From Candidatus Izemoplasmatales bacterium (GTDB lineage: Bacteria; Bacillota_I; Bacilli_A; Izemoplasmatales; Hujiaoplasmataceae): a stretch of 64,000 nt of DNA. This document shows, one piece after another, positions 1-11,400 of this stretch. Each line of letters begins with the position of its first letter. The first letter of the stretch is position 1. Made by a program: the position numbers and the translations under genes. The stretch spans positions 224,001-288,000 of the forward strand of contig JBMNEZ010000001.1 in NCBI GenBank assembly GCA_050949045.1, written 5' to 3'. The notes under the pieces are model-generated. The model did not search any database, was not told the DNA's origin, and was given only the letters and a program-made list of their open reading frames with translations.

Positions 1-1
1 T

Positions 2-607
2 CATCTCCGCATGGAAGGAAAGTTTTTCCTTAAACCCCAAGACGAGCCCATCGCCAAACACGAACATATCATCTTCTATTTCACAGATCGTTCGACTCTC
101 AGATATCATGATGTCAGGAAGTTCGGAACCATGGAAACCATGCCTGCCGGCAGTGAAAGATTGTCTGCAAGGATTGCCAAACTCGGCAAGGAGCCTTTTG
201 ATAGCGACTTTACTGATTCATATTTATATGATAAAATATATAAATCGACACGGCCAATCAAATCGTTGTTGCTTGATCAGGAGATCGTCGCCGGTCTTGG
301 GAACATCTATGTAGACGAAGTATTGTATCTGTCAGGCATTGATCCAAGGAGAATGGGCAAAGATGTCACGATGGTCGAAACGGGGATACTTGCCAATAAT
401 TGCTGGGCAGTCTTGAAGAAGGCGATTATTCTCGGAGGCACGACGATCAGAAGTTATACATCGAGTCTCGGAATCACCGGCCGGTTTCAAAACGAACTTA
501 GTGTTCACACAAAAAACGGCTTGCCCTGTCATAAATGCGGCAGTTTGATCGAAAAAATCAAAGTTGGCGGCAGGGGAACGTATTATTGTCCTCTGTGTCA
601 AAAATAA
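2..607 (+). CDS. mutM: Formamidopyrimidine-DNA glycosylase (5'-truncated by window)
   Basis: HLRMEG, DVRKFG, LLLDQ..VAGLGNIYVDEVL (H2TH) and C-terminal zinc finger CHKC...GRGTYYCPLCQ. Confidence 0.97.
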   Translation, partial: HLRMEGKFFLKPQDEPIAKHEHIIFYFTDRSTLRYHDVRKFGTMETMPAGSERLSARIAKLGKEPFDSDFTDSYLYDKIYKSTRPIKSLLLDQEIVAGLGNIYVDEVLYLSGIDPRRMGKDVTMVETGILANNCWAVLKKAIILGGTTIRSYTSSLGITGRFQNELSVHTKNGLPCHKCGSLIEKIKVGGRGTYYCPLCQK

Positions 608-620
608 TGGAGAAGTCATT

Positions 621-1217
621 GTGAAAGTCATCGGACTGACCGGAGGCATCGCTTCCGGCAAAAGTCTTGTGGCTGACTGGTTTGTCGAAGCAGGAATGCC
701 CTTGATCGATGCCGATTCAGTCTACAAGCGTCTGAGCGCTCCCGGAGGCTCGCTTTACCAAAAAATTATCAAACTCATACCCGAAGAGTGTATTTTAGAT
801 GACGGCTCGATCGCTTGGAAAAAACTCGGTGTGATAGTTTTCAAAGACGAAGATTTCCGTAAACGGTTGAACCAGGTGGCGCACCCGGCCGTCATTGCCG
901 AGATCCAGAGGGAACTTGATGGCCTTAGAAAAGACAAGCATCGATTTGTGATTATCAGTGTTCCGCTGCTTTTTGAAAGTGGCTCCGAGCAGCTTTCAGA
1001 TGTTACGATCTGTGTCTATGTCGATTATCAGACTCAACTCGAACGGTTGACACTAAGAGACAAGATCGACAGCGAGTTCGCCAAGATGAAGATTGCCTCC
1101 CAAATGCCCCTTGAAGAGAAACGGAAACTGGCGGATTATGTGATTGACAATTCAAACGGAATCAATGTTACAAAAGAACAATTCAAGGATGTGCTCGCCG
1201 CTATAATGAGTGAATGA
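621..1217 (+). CDS. coaE: Dephospho-CoA kinase
   Basis: GTG start after GGAG; IGLTGGIASGKS P-loop, VPLLFE, SQMPLEEKRKLADYVIDN; follows mutM as in Bacilli. Confidence 0.95.
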   Translation: MKVIGLTGGIASGKSLVADWFVEAGMPLIDADSVYKRLSAPGGSLYQKIIKLIPEECILDDGSIAWKKLGVIVFKDEDFRKRLNQVAHPAVIAEIQRELDGLRKDKHRFVIISVPLLFESGSEQLSDVTICVYVDYQTQLERLTLRDKIDSEFAKMKIASQMPLEEKRKLADYVIDNSNGINVTKEQFKDVLAAIMSE

Positions 1218-1355
1218 CATATCGATCTTTAGTTTTCAACCACTTCGGTTTTATCGACATGAATAAGACGAAAAAGAAGCCTAACATCTCTATCAGCATC
1301 TTGATTTGGCATTGTAGTTCAAAGGCGTTTTCCTACATTTTTAGGAGGTAATTGT

Positions 1356-2582
1356 TTGGACAGAGTGAGAAGGACCGATCGTTTCATCGTCTTCGCCAAC
1401 AGCAATATTTCCAGTTGCGACTATCAAGCATTAACGCTTCTATATCAACCGATCATCGGTCTTTTTGCCTTTGGCCTCTACATGACCTTGAGAGAACTGC
1501 TCGACAAACAAAATCTCGCTTCCCAAGAATACCTCCACGCCGATCTCGAATCTCTGCTCAACCGCAGAATTGAGGATATCGAAGCCGACAGACATAAACT
1601 TGAAGCGGTCGGATTGCTTGACACGCACTATCTTGACGACCGGTTTGTTTATGAATTGAAATTGCCGATGTCGGCTCAGAGTTTCATCAACGACGGCATT
1701 CTCGGACAATATTTGATCGGGGCGATCACGAAAGAGCGGTATAAAAAACTGATTCAAATTTTCAAACTGAAAGTACCAGGCAGAAAAGGCTACATCCGTG
1801 TCAGCAAGACTTTCGATGAAGTATTCCCGCCGCTCAGCACAGACGGCTCGCTCATCGAGGGCGAACTCAAGAACCAGGTTCGTTCAAATCATCTGAAAAC
1901 AAGAAGCGATCGGTTTGACTGGCGGCTTTTGAAGGAGAATCTTCCGGATTCCGTGTTCGATCCGCATGAATTGACGGAGTATGTAAAAAACAAGATTGCC
2001 ACGCTCAACTTTGTTTATCAACTCGACGAGCTGGAAATAAGCGAGATCTACCGGATGGCGGTCGACAACAATCGCAAACTCGATGTCCGCAAGCTCGCCG
2101 AGCTTGCTCGGGGGCACTACAAATTTCGCCAAGAGAGAACCAATGTCGCCAAAGAAGTTGCGCCTAGTGTACCGGTGGACAGAAATCTGCCGTTGGAACC
2201 TCATGAACGCCTTGCCCAGTCGTCACCGATTGATATTTTGAAGGAAATTGGGGGAGGGAGGGCCTCGGCCGCCGATCTTAGAATCGTCGAGCGGTTGATC
2301 GATGAAGTCGGGCTCGACCCGGGCGTTGTCAACGTTCTCATCGCTTATGTCGCGAAGATCAAGGACGGCTTTCTTCCCGGATACGACTATTTTGAAAAAG
2401 TTGGACTCAACTGGAAGAGAAATCAGATAACCGATGCCAAGACAGCGCTTGAGTTTGTGGAACACCTACGCTCTCAGTACGAGAAAACACGCGATGGCAA
2501 GCCTGCAAGAAAGAGCCAGAAATCCGCTAAGCCGGACATCAAACTGGATTGGTTCGAAGACTATCTCAAGTCGATCGAATAA
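1356..2582 (+). CDS. dnaB: Replication initiation / helicase-loader protein DnaB (Bacillus type)
   Basis: AGGAGG RBS; LTLLYQPIIG, KLEAVGLL, GVVNVLI motifs; directly upstream of dnaI. Confidence 0.9.
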   Translation: MDRVRRTDRFIVFANSNISSCDYQALTLLYQPIIGLFAFGLYMTLRELLDKQNLASQEYLHADLESLLNRRIEDIEADRHKLEAVGLLDTHYLDDRFVYELKLPMSAQSFINDGILGQYLIGAITKERYKKLIQIFKLKVPGRKGYIRVSKTFDEVFPPLSTDGSLIEGELKNQVRSNHLKTRSDRFDWRLLKENLPDSVFDPHELTEYVKNKIATLNFVYQLDELEISEIYRMAVDNNRKLDVRKLAELARGHYKFRQERTNVAKEVAPSVPVDRNLPLEPHERLAQSSPIDILKEIGGGRASAADLRIVERLIDEVGLDPGVVNVLIAYVAKIKDGFLPGYDYFEKVGLNWKRNQITDAKTALEFVEHLRSQYEKTRDGKPARKSQKSAKPDIKLDWFEDYLKSIE

Positions 2583-2594
2583 AGGAGAACAACC

Positions 2595-3497
2595 ATGAAA
2601 AGAATCGCAGAGTATTTGGAAAAGGTGCCGGAGGGATTGAAGATCGAGGAAACGATCGAAAACCTGCTCGAAGATGTTGTTATCAGACAATTTGTCCTGA
2701 AATACGATTTAAAACACGATGTGCTCGAAAGAGGCATCAACAATCTCCTTGTTTACAAGGAAGCCAAGGACACCTGTAATGCCTGCCCCGGGCTTCATAA
2801 ATGCGAACTGCCGATGACAGGGATGACTCCCGAGCTCGTTCTTTACAACGGCGAGATCACCCTCGCCTATGCCAAGTGCCGTTATAACAATCTCGATGAA
2901 AGCAAGTTCAAAATCGACGCCATGTATGTTCCCAGGAAGGTCTTCAACGCCAACATCAACGATTTTGATCTGATCGGTCCGGAACGCAAGGAGATCTTCA
3001 AGTACATCCTCAAGTTTGTCGCCGAATACAGCCGCGACAACTTCATGAAGGGCATGTATCTTTCCGGAGTCTACGGTTCGGGCAAGACCTATATTCTGGC
3101 GATCGTTGCCAACGAACTCGCCAAAAAAGGTTTCAACATCGTCTTTGCCTATTATCCGGATCTTGTCCGCGAACTGAAATCTTCGATTTCCCATGGGTCT
3201 TTGGAGGACAAGATCGACTATCTCAAGACAGTCGACATCCTGTTCTTGGACGATCTCGGCGGTGAATCCCAAAGCTCGTTCATCCGGGATGAGGTCTTGG
3301 GGCCGATCTTGCAGCACCGCGTTCTCGACGAGCTGCCGACTTTCTTCTCTTCAAACATGAAGATGAAAGTCTTGATCGACGCGCTTGTCGCCGACAATTC
3401 ACTGCTTGAGAAATCGAAGGCATACCGGATTTATGAACGGATCAAAGAACTCGCAGACGAGTTTGAAATCTCGGAAAAACCGCACCGCACACCTTGA
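2595..3497 (+). CDS. dnaI: Primosomal helicase loader ATPase DnaI
   Basis: Cys cluster CNACPGLHKC, Walker A GVYGSGKT, LFLDDLG, RDEVLGPILQHR, PTFFSSN. Confidence 0.95.
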   Translation: MKRIAEYLEKVPEGLKIEETIENLLEDVVIRQFVLKYDLKHDVLERGINNLLVYKEAKDTCNACPGLHKCELPMTGMTPELVLYNGEITLAYAKCRYNNLDESKFKIDAMYVPRKVFNANINDFDLIGPERKEIFKYILKFVAEYSRDNFMKGMYLSGVYGSGKTYILAIVANELAKKGFNIVFAYYPDLVRELKSSISHGSLEDKIDYLKTVDILFLDDLGGESQSSFIRDEVLGPILQHRVLDELPTFFSSNMKMKVLIDALVADNSLLEKSKAYRIYERIKELADEFEISEKPHRTP

Positions 3498-3521
3498 CAA
3501 GTGATGATTTTACCCTATAAT
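3494..3521 (+). promoter_or_regulatory. SigA-type promoter of thrS leader
   Basis: TTGACA (3494)-16 nt-TATAAT (3516). Confidence 0.75.
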
Positions 3522-3539
3522 TATAGATATATAACCACA

Positions 3540-3757
3540 TAAGGCTACCAAAGAGAACAAGATCTGATGACCAAGCCCATAAAGCGAAGATAGGATGGTG
3601 GAAGCTATCGATGCGGCAGTTGTCGGGATTACCATCTCCGAGCCGGATTCAGGAAAGGATCCCGTTGCCCGCGTTAAGGGAATCAAGCGCCAGATGTTTC
3701 TGGAATAAAGGTGGTACCGCGAGCAATCGTCCTTTTGCGAAGGGCGATTTTTTATTC
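3540..3757 (+). ncRNA. T-box riboswitch (Thr)
   Basis: T-box AAGGTGGTACCGCG at 3708-3721, terminator hairpin plus U-tract ~3726-3755, probable specifier ACC at 3631, upstream of thrS. Confidence 0.92.
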
Positions 3758-3772
3758 TTAGGGAGGCATATC

Positions 3773-5677
3773 ATGATCAAAATCAAATTTCAAGACGATT
3801 CGATAAGGGAATTCGCCAAGGGTTCAAGCGCAAGCGACATCGCCCAAGCGATCTCGCCATCGCTACGGAAAAAAGCGGTCGCAGCCGAGGTGGAAGGTGA
3901 GCTCTATGATATGGATAGGCCCATCGGTTTTGATGCGAAGGTCCGCTTCATCACCGAGGCTGATCCGGAAGCGCTCGGCATTCTGCGTCATTCAGCTGCG
4001 CATCTGATGGCGGAAGCGATCAAATCCATGTATCCGCATGCCTGTTTTGGCGTTGGCCCGGATATCGAGGAAGGATTTTACTATGACATCGATCTCGGCG
4101 AAGTCATCCTTACCGATAATGATCTTCCCCTGATCGAGAAGACGATGCAGAGGCTTGTGGCTGAGAATCAGCCGATTTCAAGGAGAGAAGTATCGCGGGC
4201 AGAGGCGCTGAAGATATTCAAAGACGATCCCTACAAACAGGAATTGATTCGGGAATTGCCCGAGGGTGAAATTATCTCGCTTTATTCCCAAGAAAAATTC
4301 ATCGATCTTTGTCGGGGACCGCATGTTCCCTCTACCAAATGGCTCAGACATGTGAAGTTGTTGTCGCTTGCGGGCGCCTATTGGCGCGGCGACTCAAAGA
4401 ACAAACAGCTGACCCGTGTCTACGGAACGGCTTTTTTCAACGCCGCTGATCTCGAAGCTCACCTCAAGTTGTTAGAGGAACGGAAAAAACGCGACCACCG
4501 AAAACTCGGTCGCGAACTCGATTTGTTCATGCTTTCGGAATACGGGCCTGGATTTCCCTTCTGGTTGCCAAACGGGATGGTGCTCAGACGTGAACTTGAG
4601 GATTTTTGGTACAAAGCTCATCTCAAAGAAGGCTACAAACTGATCCAAACACCGATCATGCTAAACAAGGATCTTTGGGAGATTTCGGGTCATTGGGATA
4701 ACTACCGAGAAAATATGTATATCTCCAGTATCGACGAGCAGGAATTCGCGATCAAACCGATGAACTGCCCCGGAGGGATGCTGGTATATAAGCGCGACAT
4801 CCATTCCTACAAAGACTTTCCTCTCAAGATCGGGGAACTCGGGTTGGTGCACCGGCACGAGGCAAGCGGGGCATTGGCCGGTTTATTCCGAGTCCGAAAC
4901 TTCACCCAGGATGATGCCCACATCTTTATGACGGAAGCCCAGATCGTCCATGAGGTCGCTGAACTCGTCAGGCTCTTCGACTATGTCTACAGTGTCTTCG
5001 ACCTCAAATATCACATTGAATTGTCGACCAGGCCGGAAACCAAATACATCGGCGAGCTCGCTACTTGGGAGAAAGCCGAAAAAGCTCTGGTTGAAGCTCT
5101 TGACAAGATGGGCAAGCCTTATAAGGTCAATCCCGGCAACGGTGCTTTTTATGGCCCGAAACTCGATTTTAATTTGCGGGATTCGATGAATCGGGTCTGG
5201 CAATGCGGTACGATCCAATTGGACATGAATCTTCCCGAGAGATTCGATCTCACCTATATCGACAGTGACGGTGAGAAAAAGAGACCGGTGATGCTGCATC
5301 GGGCCCTCTTTGGTTCGATCGAACGCTTCATTGGCATCCTGATCGAACACTATGGCGGTGCTTTCCCGACTTGGCTTTCACCCGTCCAGATTATGGTAAT
5401 TCCCGTCAATTTGGAATATCACAAGGAATATGCTAAGGGACTTGTCGAACGGCTGCAGGCGGAAAATCTGAGAGTCGAACTCGACTTACGGGAGGAGAAA
5501 CTCGGTTACTTGATCCGCGATGCGCAGACGAAGAAAATCCCCTACCAACTTGTCATCGGCGACATGGAGATGAAAAACGATTCGCTGACATACCGCCGTT
5601 ACGGCGCAAGTGAACAGACACAAGTTTCGGTCAAGGAATTTATCGCCATGATCAAAACGGAAATCAAGAACAAATAA
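3773..5677 (+). CDS. thrS: Threonine--tRNA ligase
   Basis: GGGAGG RBS; TGS domain, RHSAAHL, DLCRGPH, KPMNCP, GAFYGPK, GSIERFIG. Confidence 0.98.
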   Translation: MIKIKFQDDSIREFAKGSSASDIAQAISPSLRKKAVAAEVEGELYDMDRPIGFDAKVRFITEADPEALGILRHSAAHLMAEAIKSMYPHACFGVGPDIEEGFYYDIDLGEVILTDNDLPLIEKTMQRLVAENQPISRREVSRAEALKIFKDDPYKQELIRELPEGEIISLYSQEKFIDLCRGPHVPSTKWLRHVKLLSLAGAYWRGDSKNKQLTRVYGTAFFNAADLEAHLKLLEERKKRDHRKLGRELDLFMLSEYGPGFPFWLPNGMVLRRELEDFWYKAHLKEGYKLIQTPIMLNKDLWEISGHWDNYRENMYISSIDEQEFAIKPMNCPGGMLVYKRDIHSYKDFPLKIGELGLVHRHEASGALAGLFRVRNFTQDDAHIFMTEAQIVHEVAELVRLFDYVYSVFDLKYHIELSTRPETKYIGELATWEKAEKALVEALDKMGKPYKVNPGNGAFYGPKLDFNLRDSMNRVWQCGTIQLDMNLPERFDLTYIDSDGEKKRPVMLHRALFGSIERFIGILIEHYGGAFPTWLSPVQIMVIPVNLEYHKEYAKGLVERLQAENLRVELDLREEKLGYLIRDAQTKKIPYQLVIGDMEMKNDSLTYRRYGASEQTQVSVKEFIAMIKTEIKNK

Positions 5678-5678
5678 T

Positions 5679-5716
5679 AAAAGGCTGTCGCCCCGTGATT
5701 CCGGCGACAGCCTTTT
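5679..5716. terminator. Bidirectional intrinsic terminator
   Basis: AAAAGGCTGTCGCC...GGCGACAGCCTTTT between convergent genes. Confidence 0.9.
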
Positions 5717-7382
5717 AATTAGTCACTTTTTTCAATTTGTCGATAAAATCCTTGTCGGGATCGATGAAGATCGTCTTATGGTTTTGATAGTTCACGAAGC
5801 TGCCGACTTCTCCCGGGATCCGTTTGACATAGCGTTTTCTCGTGTAATCGACGGGAACCGATGTTGAATGCCGTCCTTTTGAGAAGAAAGAAGCAAGTTG
5901 AGCGGCGGTGCGGATCGTCACTTCTCCGAGTTCCGCAGTGTTTCTGACGATCACATGGGCACCATGGTAGTCCTTGGTGTGGAACCACCATTCTTCGGGT
6001 TTGGCGAGGGTGTGGGTGATGTAGTTGTTCTGAAGGTTGTTCTTGCCAACGAGGATTTCGTTATCGAGAGCGTCAAGATAGACTTCATAATGCGGGTGCT
6101 TCGATTTTTGGCGGGTAATCCTTTTTCGGATAAAGCCTCTATGAGCCAGCTCGGCCGCAATTTCGTCAAGGACGACCGGAGATGCGTATTGGATTTGGGA
6201 GTCGATCAAGGAGAAATAGCGGATTTCTTGTTTGGTAATTCGGATCTGCTTTTCGATATGAGCCACCGATGAACGGAGTTTTTTATAGCGTTTGAAATAG
6301 GCGTTTGCGTTCTGGATTGGGGACAGGAGGGGATCGAGAGCGATTTCAATCTTGGCATCAGTCTCATAATCAAGGGTTTCGAACAATGTCTGTCGTTGCT
6401 GGATGTTATTAAGATTGGCTAGAATCAGTTCGCCTTTTATCCGAAGGTGATCGATATTTTTCGCCGCTTCGAGATCGGTGGTCAGTTTCTCAAGTTTGAC
6501 GGTGTTACGCTCTAATTCGCGTTTAATGAATTGGAGAAGGTTTTTTGATATTTGACGCAGCCGCTCTTTTCTGCCGATATCGGCATAAACCGCCTCAAGC
6601 AGAGCCGAGAGAGTGGGAAAATACTTTTTTTCGGTTTCTGGGAACAAATCGAAATAGTAGAATTTCTGCTTGCCGTCGAGATAGGCGAGAGTCGGCTTTG
6701 GCTTGATTCTTGTAAAATTGACGAAATGGCTCCAGAGATTTTCTCCGATTGGAGGATTGACAAGATAATTCGCGCACAGCGGAGAAATACCGCGAAAACT
6801 GGCAATCAGGCTTTTTGCGGTGATCTCGCTATAATCTTTGAATACCGTGGATGCGGCACCGAGGTTTTCCGGATCGATCTTGTCGTTAAAGGGTGGAAGA
6901 TAAAGCGCTCCTTTTTCGATTGTCCTAGAGCCGGTGTCGAAGGGGCCGATTCTAATGAAGGCGTCGATGATCCGTTCTTCTTGATTTGCAAGAATGAGAT
7001 TGACGTAGCGGCCAAGGATCTCCAAATAAAGGTGATAGATCACCTCGCTGCCGAGATCGTCATGGCACTTGATCATAAAAAGCACGACACGATCGCCCTG
7101 AAGCCCTTCGATTTTTTCGATCACGCCTCTTTCGAGATGCTTTCTCAAGAGCATACAGAAACCTGTGGGCGCTTCCGGTTTGTCATATTGGAGTTTGGTC
7201 AGATAAAGTCTTGGATAGGTTGTCGACAGGGACAAATAGAGTTGATTGGTGCGGCCTTCATTTCGGATCATAAACAAAAAATCAGTCCGGCTTAACTGAT
7301 AGATTTTTTGGATGCGGCCGTTGGCCAGGCTTTGGTTAAGTTCTGCGGCCAGAAAATGGAGGAAACGTCCGTCAAGACTCAT
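5715..7382 (-). CDS. rqcH: NFACT family / ribosome quality-control protein RqcH (FbpA)
   Basis: MSLDG start, FCMLLRKHL, NANAYFKRYKKL, VGKNNLQN, WWFHTKDYHGAHV, PVDYT. Confidence 0.92.
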   Translation of the reverse strand: MSLDGRFLHFLAAELNQSLANGRIQKIYQLSRTDFLFMIRNEGRTNQLYLSLSTTYPRLYLTKLQYDKPEAPTGFCMLLRKHLERGVIEKIEGLQGDRVVLFMIKCHDDLGSEVIYHLYLEILGRYVNLILANQEERIIDAFIRIGPFDTGSRTIEKGALYLPPFNDKIDPENLGAASTVFKDYSEITAKSLIASFRGISPLCANYLVNPPIGENLWSHFVNFTRIKPKPTLAYLDGKQKFYYFDLFPETEKKYFPTLSALLEAVYADIGRKERLRQISKNLLQFIKRELERNTVKLEKLTTDLEAAKNIDHLRIKGELILANLNNIQQRQTLFETLDYETDAKIEIALDPLLSPIQNANAYFKRYKKLRSSVAHIEKQIRITKQEIRYFSLIDSQIQYASPVVLDEIAAELAHRGFIRKRITRQKSKHPHYEVYLDALDNEILVGKNNLQNNYITHTLAKPEEWWFHTKDYHGAHVIVRNTAELGEVTIRTAAQLASFFSKGRHSTSVPVDYTRKRYVKRIPGEVGSFVNYQNHKTIFIDPDKDFIDKLKKVTN

Positions 7383-7498
7383 ATTATCACCACGTCAATT
7401 ATAACATCAACCGGCATGGCATAAAAATAAATTTACTATTTTTCAGGAATGTGATATTATATTTATAATACATCTTTACTTGAAGAGGGGGTCTGTCG

Positions 7499-8119
7499 GT
7501 GAAGCTGAATGAACGTGGCTTGCTTGTGGTCATTAGCGGTCCATCGGGAGTTGGAAAAGGCACGATTCGAAAAGCTTTGTTTAAAATGCCCGACAACAAT
7601 TTTTGCTATTCGGTTTCGATGACTACCAGAAAACCCCGTGAAAACGAGATCAACGGAATTGACTATTTCTTCATCTCCCGCGAAGAGTTTGAAACTAAGA
7701 TTGCGAACGATGAGTTGTTGGAATATGCCGAATTCGTCGGTGAATACTACGGCACACCCAAGAGTTTTATCGATTCAAAACTTGCGGATGGCAATGAAGT
7801 GATCATGGAGATTGAGGTTCAGGGGGCGCTACAGGTCAGGGAGAAGATGCCCGATGCGGTCTTCATCTTCGTCGTGCCGCCTTCAAGGCAAGCGCTGGCC
7901 GACCGGCTGACGGTTCGGGGAACCGAAAGGCCGTCTGATATTGAAAAGCGTCTCGAAAAAGCGAAAAGAGAATTGAATCTCGCTTACAAATACGACTATA
8001 TCGTCGTCAATGATGAAGTCTATAACGCAGCGGACAGGATCTATGCGATCATTCGCGCTGAGCATGCAAAAACGGAAAGATCGATTTATAAGTACAACAA
8101 ACTCATGGAGGAAAGATAA
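7499..8119 (+). CDS. gmk: Guanylate kinase
   Basis: SGPSGVGKGT, TTRKPR, YYGTP, EIEVQGA. Confidence 0.97.
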   Translation: MKLNERGLLVVISGPSGVGKGTIRKALFKMPDNNFCYSVSMTTRKPRENEINGIDYFFISREEFETKIANDELLEYAEFVGEYYGTPKSFIDSKLADGNEVIMEIEVQGALQVREKMPDAVFIFVVPPSRQALADRLTVRGTERPSDIEKRLEKAKRELNLAYKYDYIVVNDEVYNAADRIYAIIRAEHAKTERSIYKYNKLMEER

Positions 8120-8120
8120 A

Positions 8121-8333
8121 ATGGCGAACAAAAACAGCGAAGGGCTAAGATATCCATCGATCGATGATCTGCTTGAAGTGGTCGATTCGAAATACAAACT
8201 GGCGTACATTGCGGCTAAGCGGGCAAAAATCATTAAACAGGACAATTTTTCGTCAGTCGACAACAAATGCGTCAAACCGGTCGGACAAGCTCTCGAAGAA
8301 ATCCTGGCATCCAAGGTCAAAGCCGAATTCTAA
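8121..8333 (+). CDS. rpoZ: RNA polymerase omega subunit
   Basis: YPSIDDLL..VDSKYKL..IAAKRA..KPVGQALEEI; follows gmk. Confidence 0.93.
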   Translation: MANKNSEGLRYPSIDDLLEVVDSKYKLAYIAAKRAKIIKQDNFSSVDNKCVKPVGQALEEILASKVKAEF

Positions 8334-8359
8334 ACAGTCGTTCGACTGTTTTCTTTTTC
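8332..8359 (+). terminator. Intrinsic terminator after rpoZ
   Basis: AAACAGTCG-T-TCGACTGTTTT hairpin followed by T-tract. Confidence 0.75.
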
Positions 8360-8429
8360 GACTTGAACCTTGAGCCGATATTTTTGAGGGCTTATGATAT
8401 AATATACATGAAGATTTGGAGATGATAGT

Positions 8430-11400
8430 TTGAACGGAAATCTGAGAAAACTTCTTGACACGATCAATGTCAAGGATGATGTCATCCTTGAATACGGTCT
8501 CATGGATGAAATCGAGGTTGATCCCATCCAGAACACGTGGCTGTTTTCTTTTGTTTTCGAGCGGCCGATTCCGATCATCCGTTATCGGAATTTCATCAAC
8601 CATCTCCGGGAATTGCCCAAGATAATCGAAAGCGTCGAACACGTTGCTTACAGAATCGTTTTTCAAACCATCTCCGACCAGGATCTGCTTGACTATTATC
8701 AGTATGTCATCGATGTTCTGATCGATGAGGACAAACGCTATCTCCCGTTGAGGGATTATCAGACCGACATTGAGAATGGCTGTATCAAGATCATGGTTCC
8801 TCCCGGAGCCAGGACAGCGAGCATGTTCAGGAAAGACATCGAGGCCGAATTGGAGCATAACGGTTTTGCGACAACGGTTAGAATCGAAGTCGATGACAAG
8901 TTGAAACCGATCGAACAGGTAATCGATTTGGCGAACGAGAATTTTGTTCAATCCCATCAAGGCATTCAAAGCCAAGTTGTGATCAGGTATGAACAACTCT
9001 ACGAAGATCGTCCTGTCGACAATGACTTTCAACCGATCGGAAAGATCCCGATCGACGAGATCGAGTATGAGGAATATCGGGCGAAGAACGCTAACAAGGC
9101 CAATTTCAACATCAAGGGCAGGATCGTCACATTCGAGATCCGTGACGGTAAAAACAATGCCGAGTGCAATATCATCCTGACCGACGGCGACGATTCGGTT
9201 TCAGTCAAGAAACGCTTAAGTTCCAAGGAGGAGCGAAATTTCTGTCTTTCTCTTCGCGAGGGTCTGGGTTTGATGGTCTCCGGGTATGCCCAATATAACA
9301 GTTATTACGGAGAAGTCATCATCAATGCCATCAGCATGGCCAAATCCAATGTCCCCTTGCCAAAAACCACTAGGGTCGACGATTCCAAGGAAAAACGAAT
9401 AGAACTCCATCTGCATACGAAGATGTCGGCGCTGGACGGAGTCAACACGATCGACGAATACGTGGAAAGAGCCGCTTTATGGGGGCACAAAGCCATCGCT
9501 TTGACCGACCACGGCTCCGTCCAATCGTTTCCGGATTTGTTCAAACTTGCCAAAAAAGGTCTCATCAAAGCGCTCTATGGTCTGGAACTCGTCTTTGTGA
9601 ACGATGAGGAGATCACAGTCACCAGAGGCAAAACAGAGCAGATGTTGAGGGATGCGACATATGTCATCTTCGACATCGAGACGACGGGTTTGTCTGTTCT
9701 TTATGACACCTTGATCGAGATTGGGGCCGTCAAAATCAAGGGCGAAACCATCATCGGTGAGTTTTCCTCGTTGATTGATCCTAAAAAACCCCTAAGCAAG
9801 TTCACAACTGAATTTACCGGCATCACCGAGCAGATGGTCAAGGGGCAGCCGACGGTGGATGCGGTTCTCAGGGATTTCTACAACTTCAGCAAGGACGCCA
9901 TCCTTGTCGCTCATAACGCCGACTTCGATTTAGGCCATATTTATTATAACTATGCGGAATACGGGATAACGGATGAGATCCAACCATCGATCGATACTTT
10001 GACGCTCGCCAAAATCCTCTACCCCGACAAAAACAGCTATTCGCTCGAACGCGTTTGTCGTTTTTTGAAAGTCCGCCTGACCGAACACCACCGGGCAATC
10101 AATGACGCGAAAGCGACGACTGAAGTCTTTTTGCATATGTTGAAGCGGCTCAAAAAAGAAGGAATCAACCGCTTTCAGGACATCAATCTCCTGATCGACC
10201 CCAAAGAAGTATACAAATATCCCTATCCCAAGCATATCAATTTGCTTGTCAAGAAGCAGGAAGGGCTCAAAAACCTTTACAAGATTTTATCCCAAGCTTT
10301 GACGATGTATTATGATCGCGACGGGAAGATTCTCAAGACGGTTCTCGATAAATACCGTAAGGGCTTGCTGGTTTCTTCCGGGTGTCGCAATTCCGCCTTT
10401 TTTGAAATCGCGATGACGAAAACACGGAAAGAATTGAAAAAGGCAGCCGCCTATTATGACTTTCTCGAGGTGCAGCCGCCGAGCACTTTCAGTTATTTGA
10501 AAGAATCGATGCCCGAATGGCAAAACGTCATCCAAGATGTTATCCGTCGTATTGTCGAGGTCGGCAGGGAGTTGAACATCCCCGTCTGTGCGACCGGCGA
10601 TTGCCACCATCTTGACCCAGAGGACAAGAAATATCGAGAGATCATGATCAATACCCCGCTCGTCGGCGGCGGTTTCCACCAACTCCATGGCGAATCCGAG
10701 AAACCTTCGCAACATTTCTTTACTACCCAGGAGATGCTGGATGAGTTTTCTTTCCTTGGCGATGATATCGCCGATGAAATCGTCGTCAAGAACACCAATA
10801 TGATCGCTGATTCGATCGATGAGATCATCATTTTTCCAAGCGAACTCTATGCGCCGACCGATGAGTCGTTGGCAAACTTCGGTGTGCCCTCGATCAAAAT
10901 CAAAGTTGAAACGATGGTGTGCGAACGCGCGGAGAGAATCTACGGCAATCCGTTGCCGCCGATCGTCAAGAACCGGCTCGACAAGGAATTGACGAGCATC
11001 ATTGAAAACCACTATTCACCGATCTACTATATTTCGCATCTTCTTGTCAAAAAGTCGCTCGATGACGGCTATTTGGTTGGATCGCGCGGTTCGGTTGGTT
11101 CCAGTCTGGTCGCAACTTTGATGGATATCACCGAAGTCAATCCCCTCCCGCCGCACTATGTCTGCCCCAAATGCCGGTTTTCTGCTTTCAAGAAAACCGA
11201 AGAGGAACGAAAACTTTTCGGCACTTCTGACTTTGAGACCAAGATCCAGCAACTTCTGGAGAGGACCGACTGCGGTTGGGATCTTCCCGTCCAGACTTGT
11301 CCGGTTTGCGGAAGTTCATTGTTAAAAGACGGGCATGACATCCCGTTTGAGACCTTCCTTGGATTTGAAGGCAAGAAAGTCCCGGATATCGATCTCAATT

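Noticed and set aside
3611..3772. N-terminal extension of ThrS in the ORF track
   Set aside because: It runs through the T-box leader; the real start is ATG 3773 after GGGAGG.
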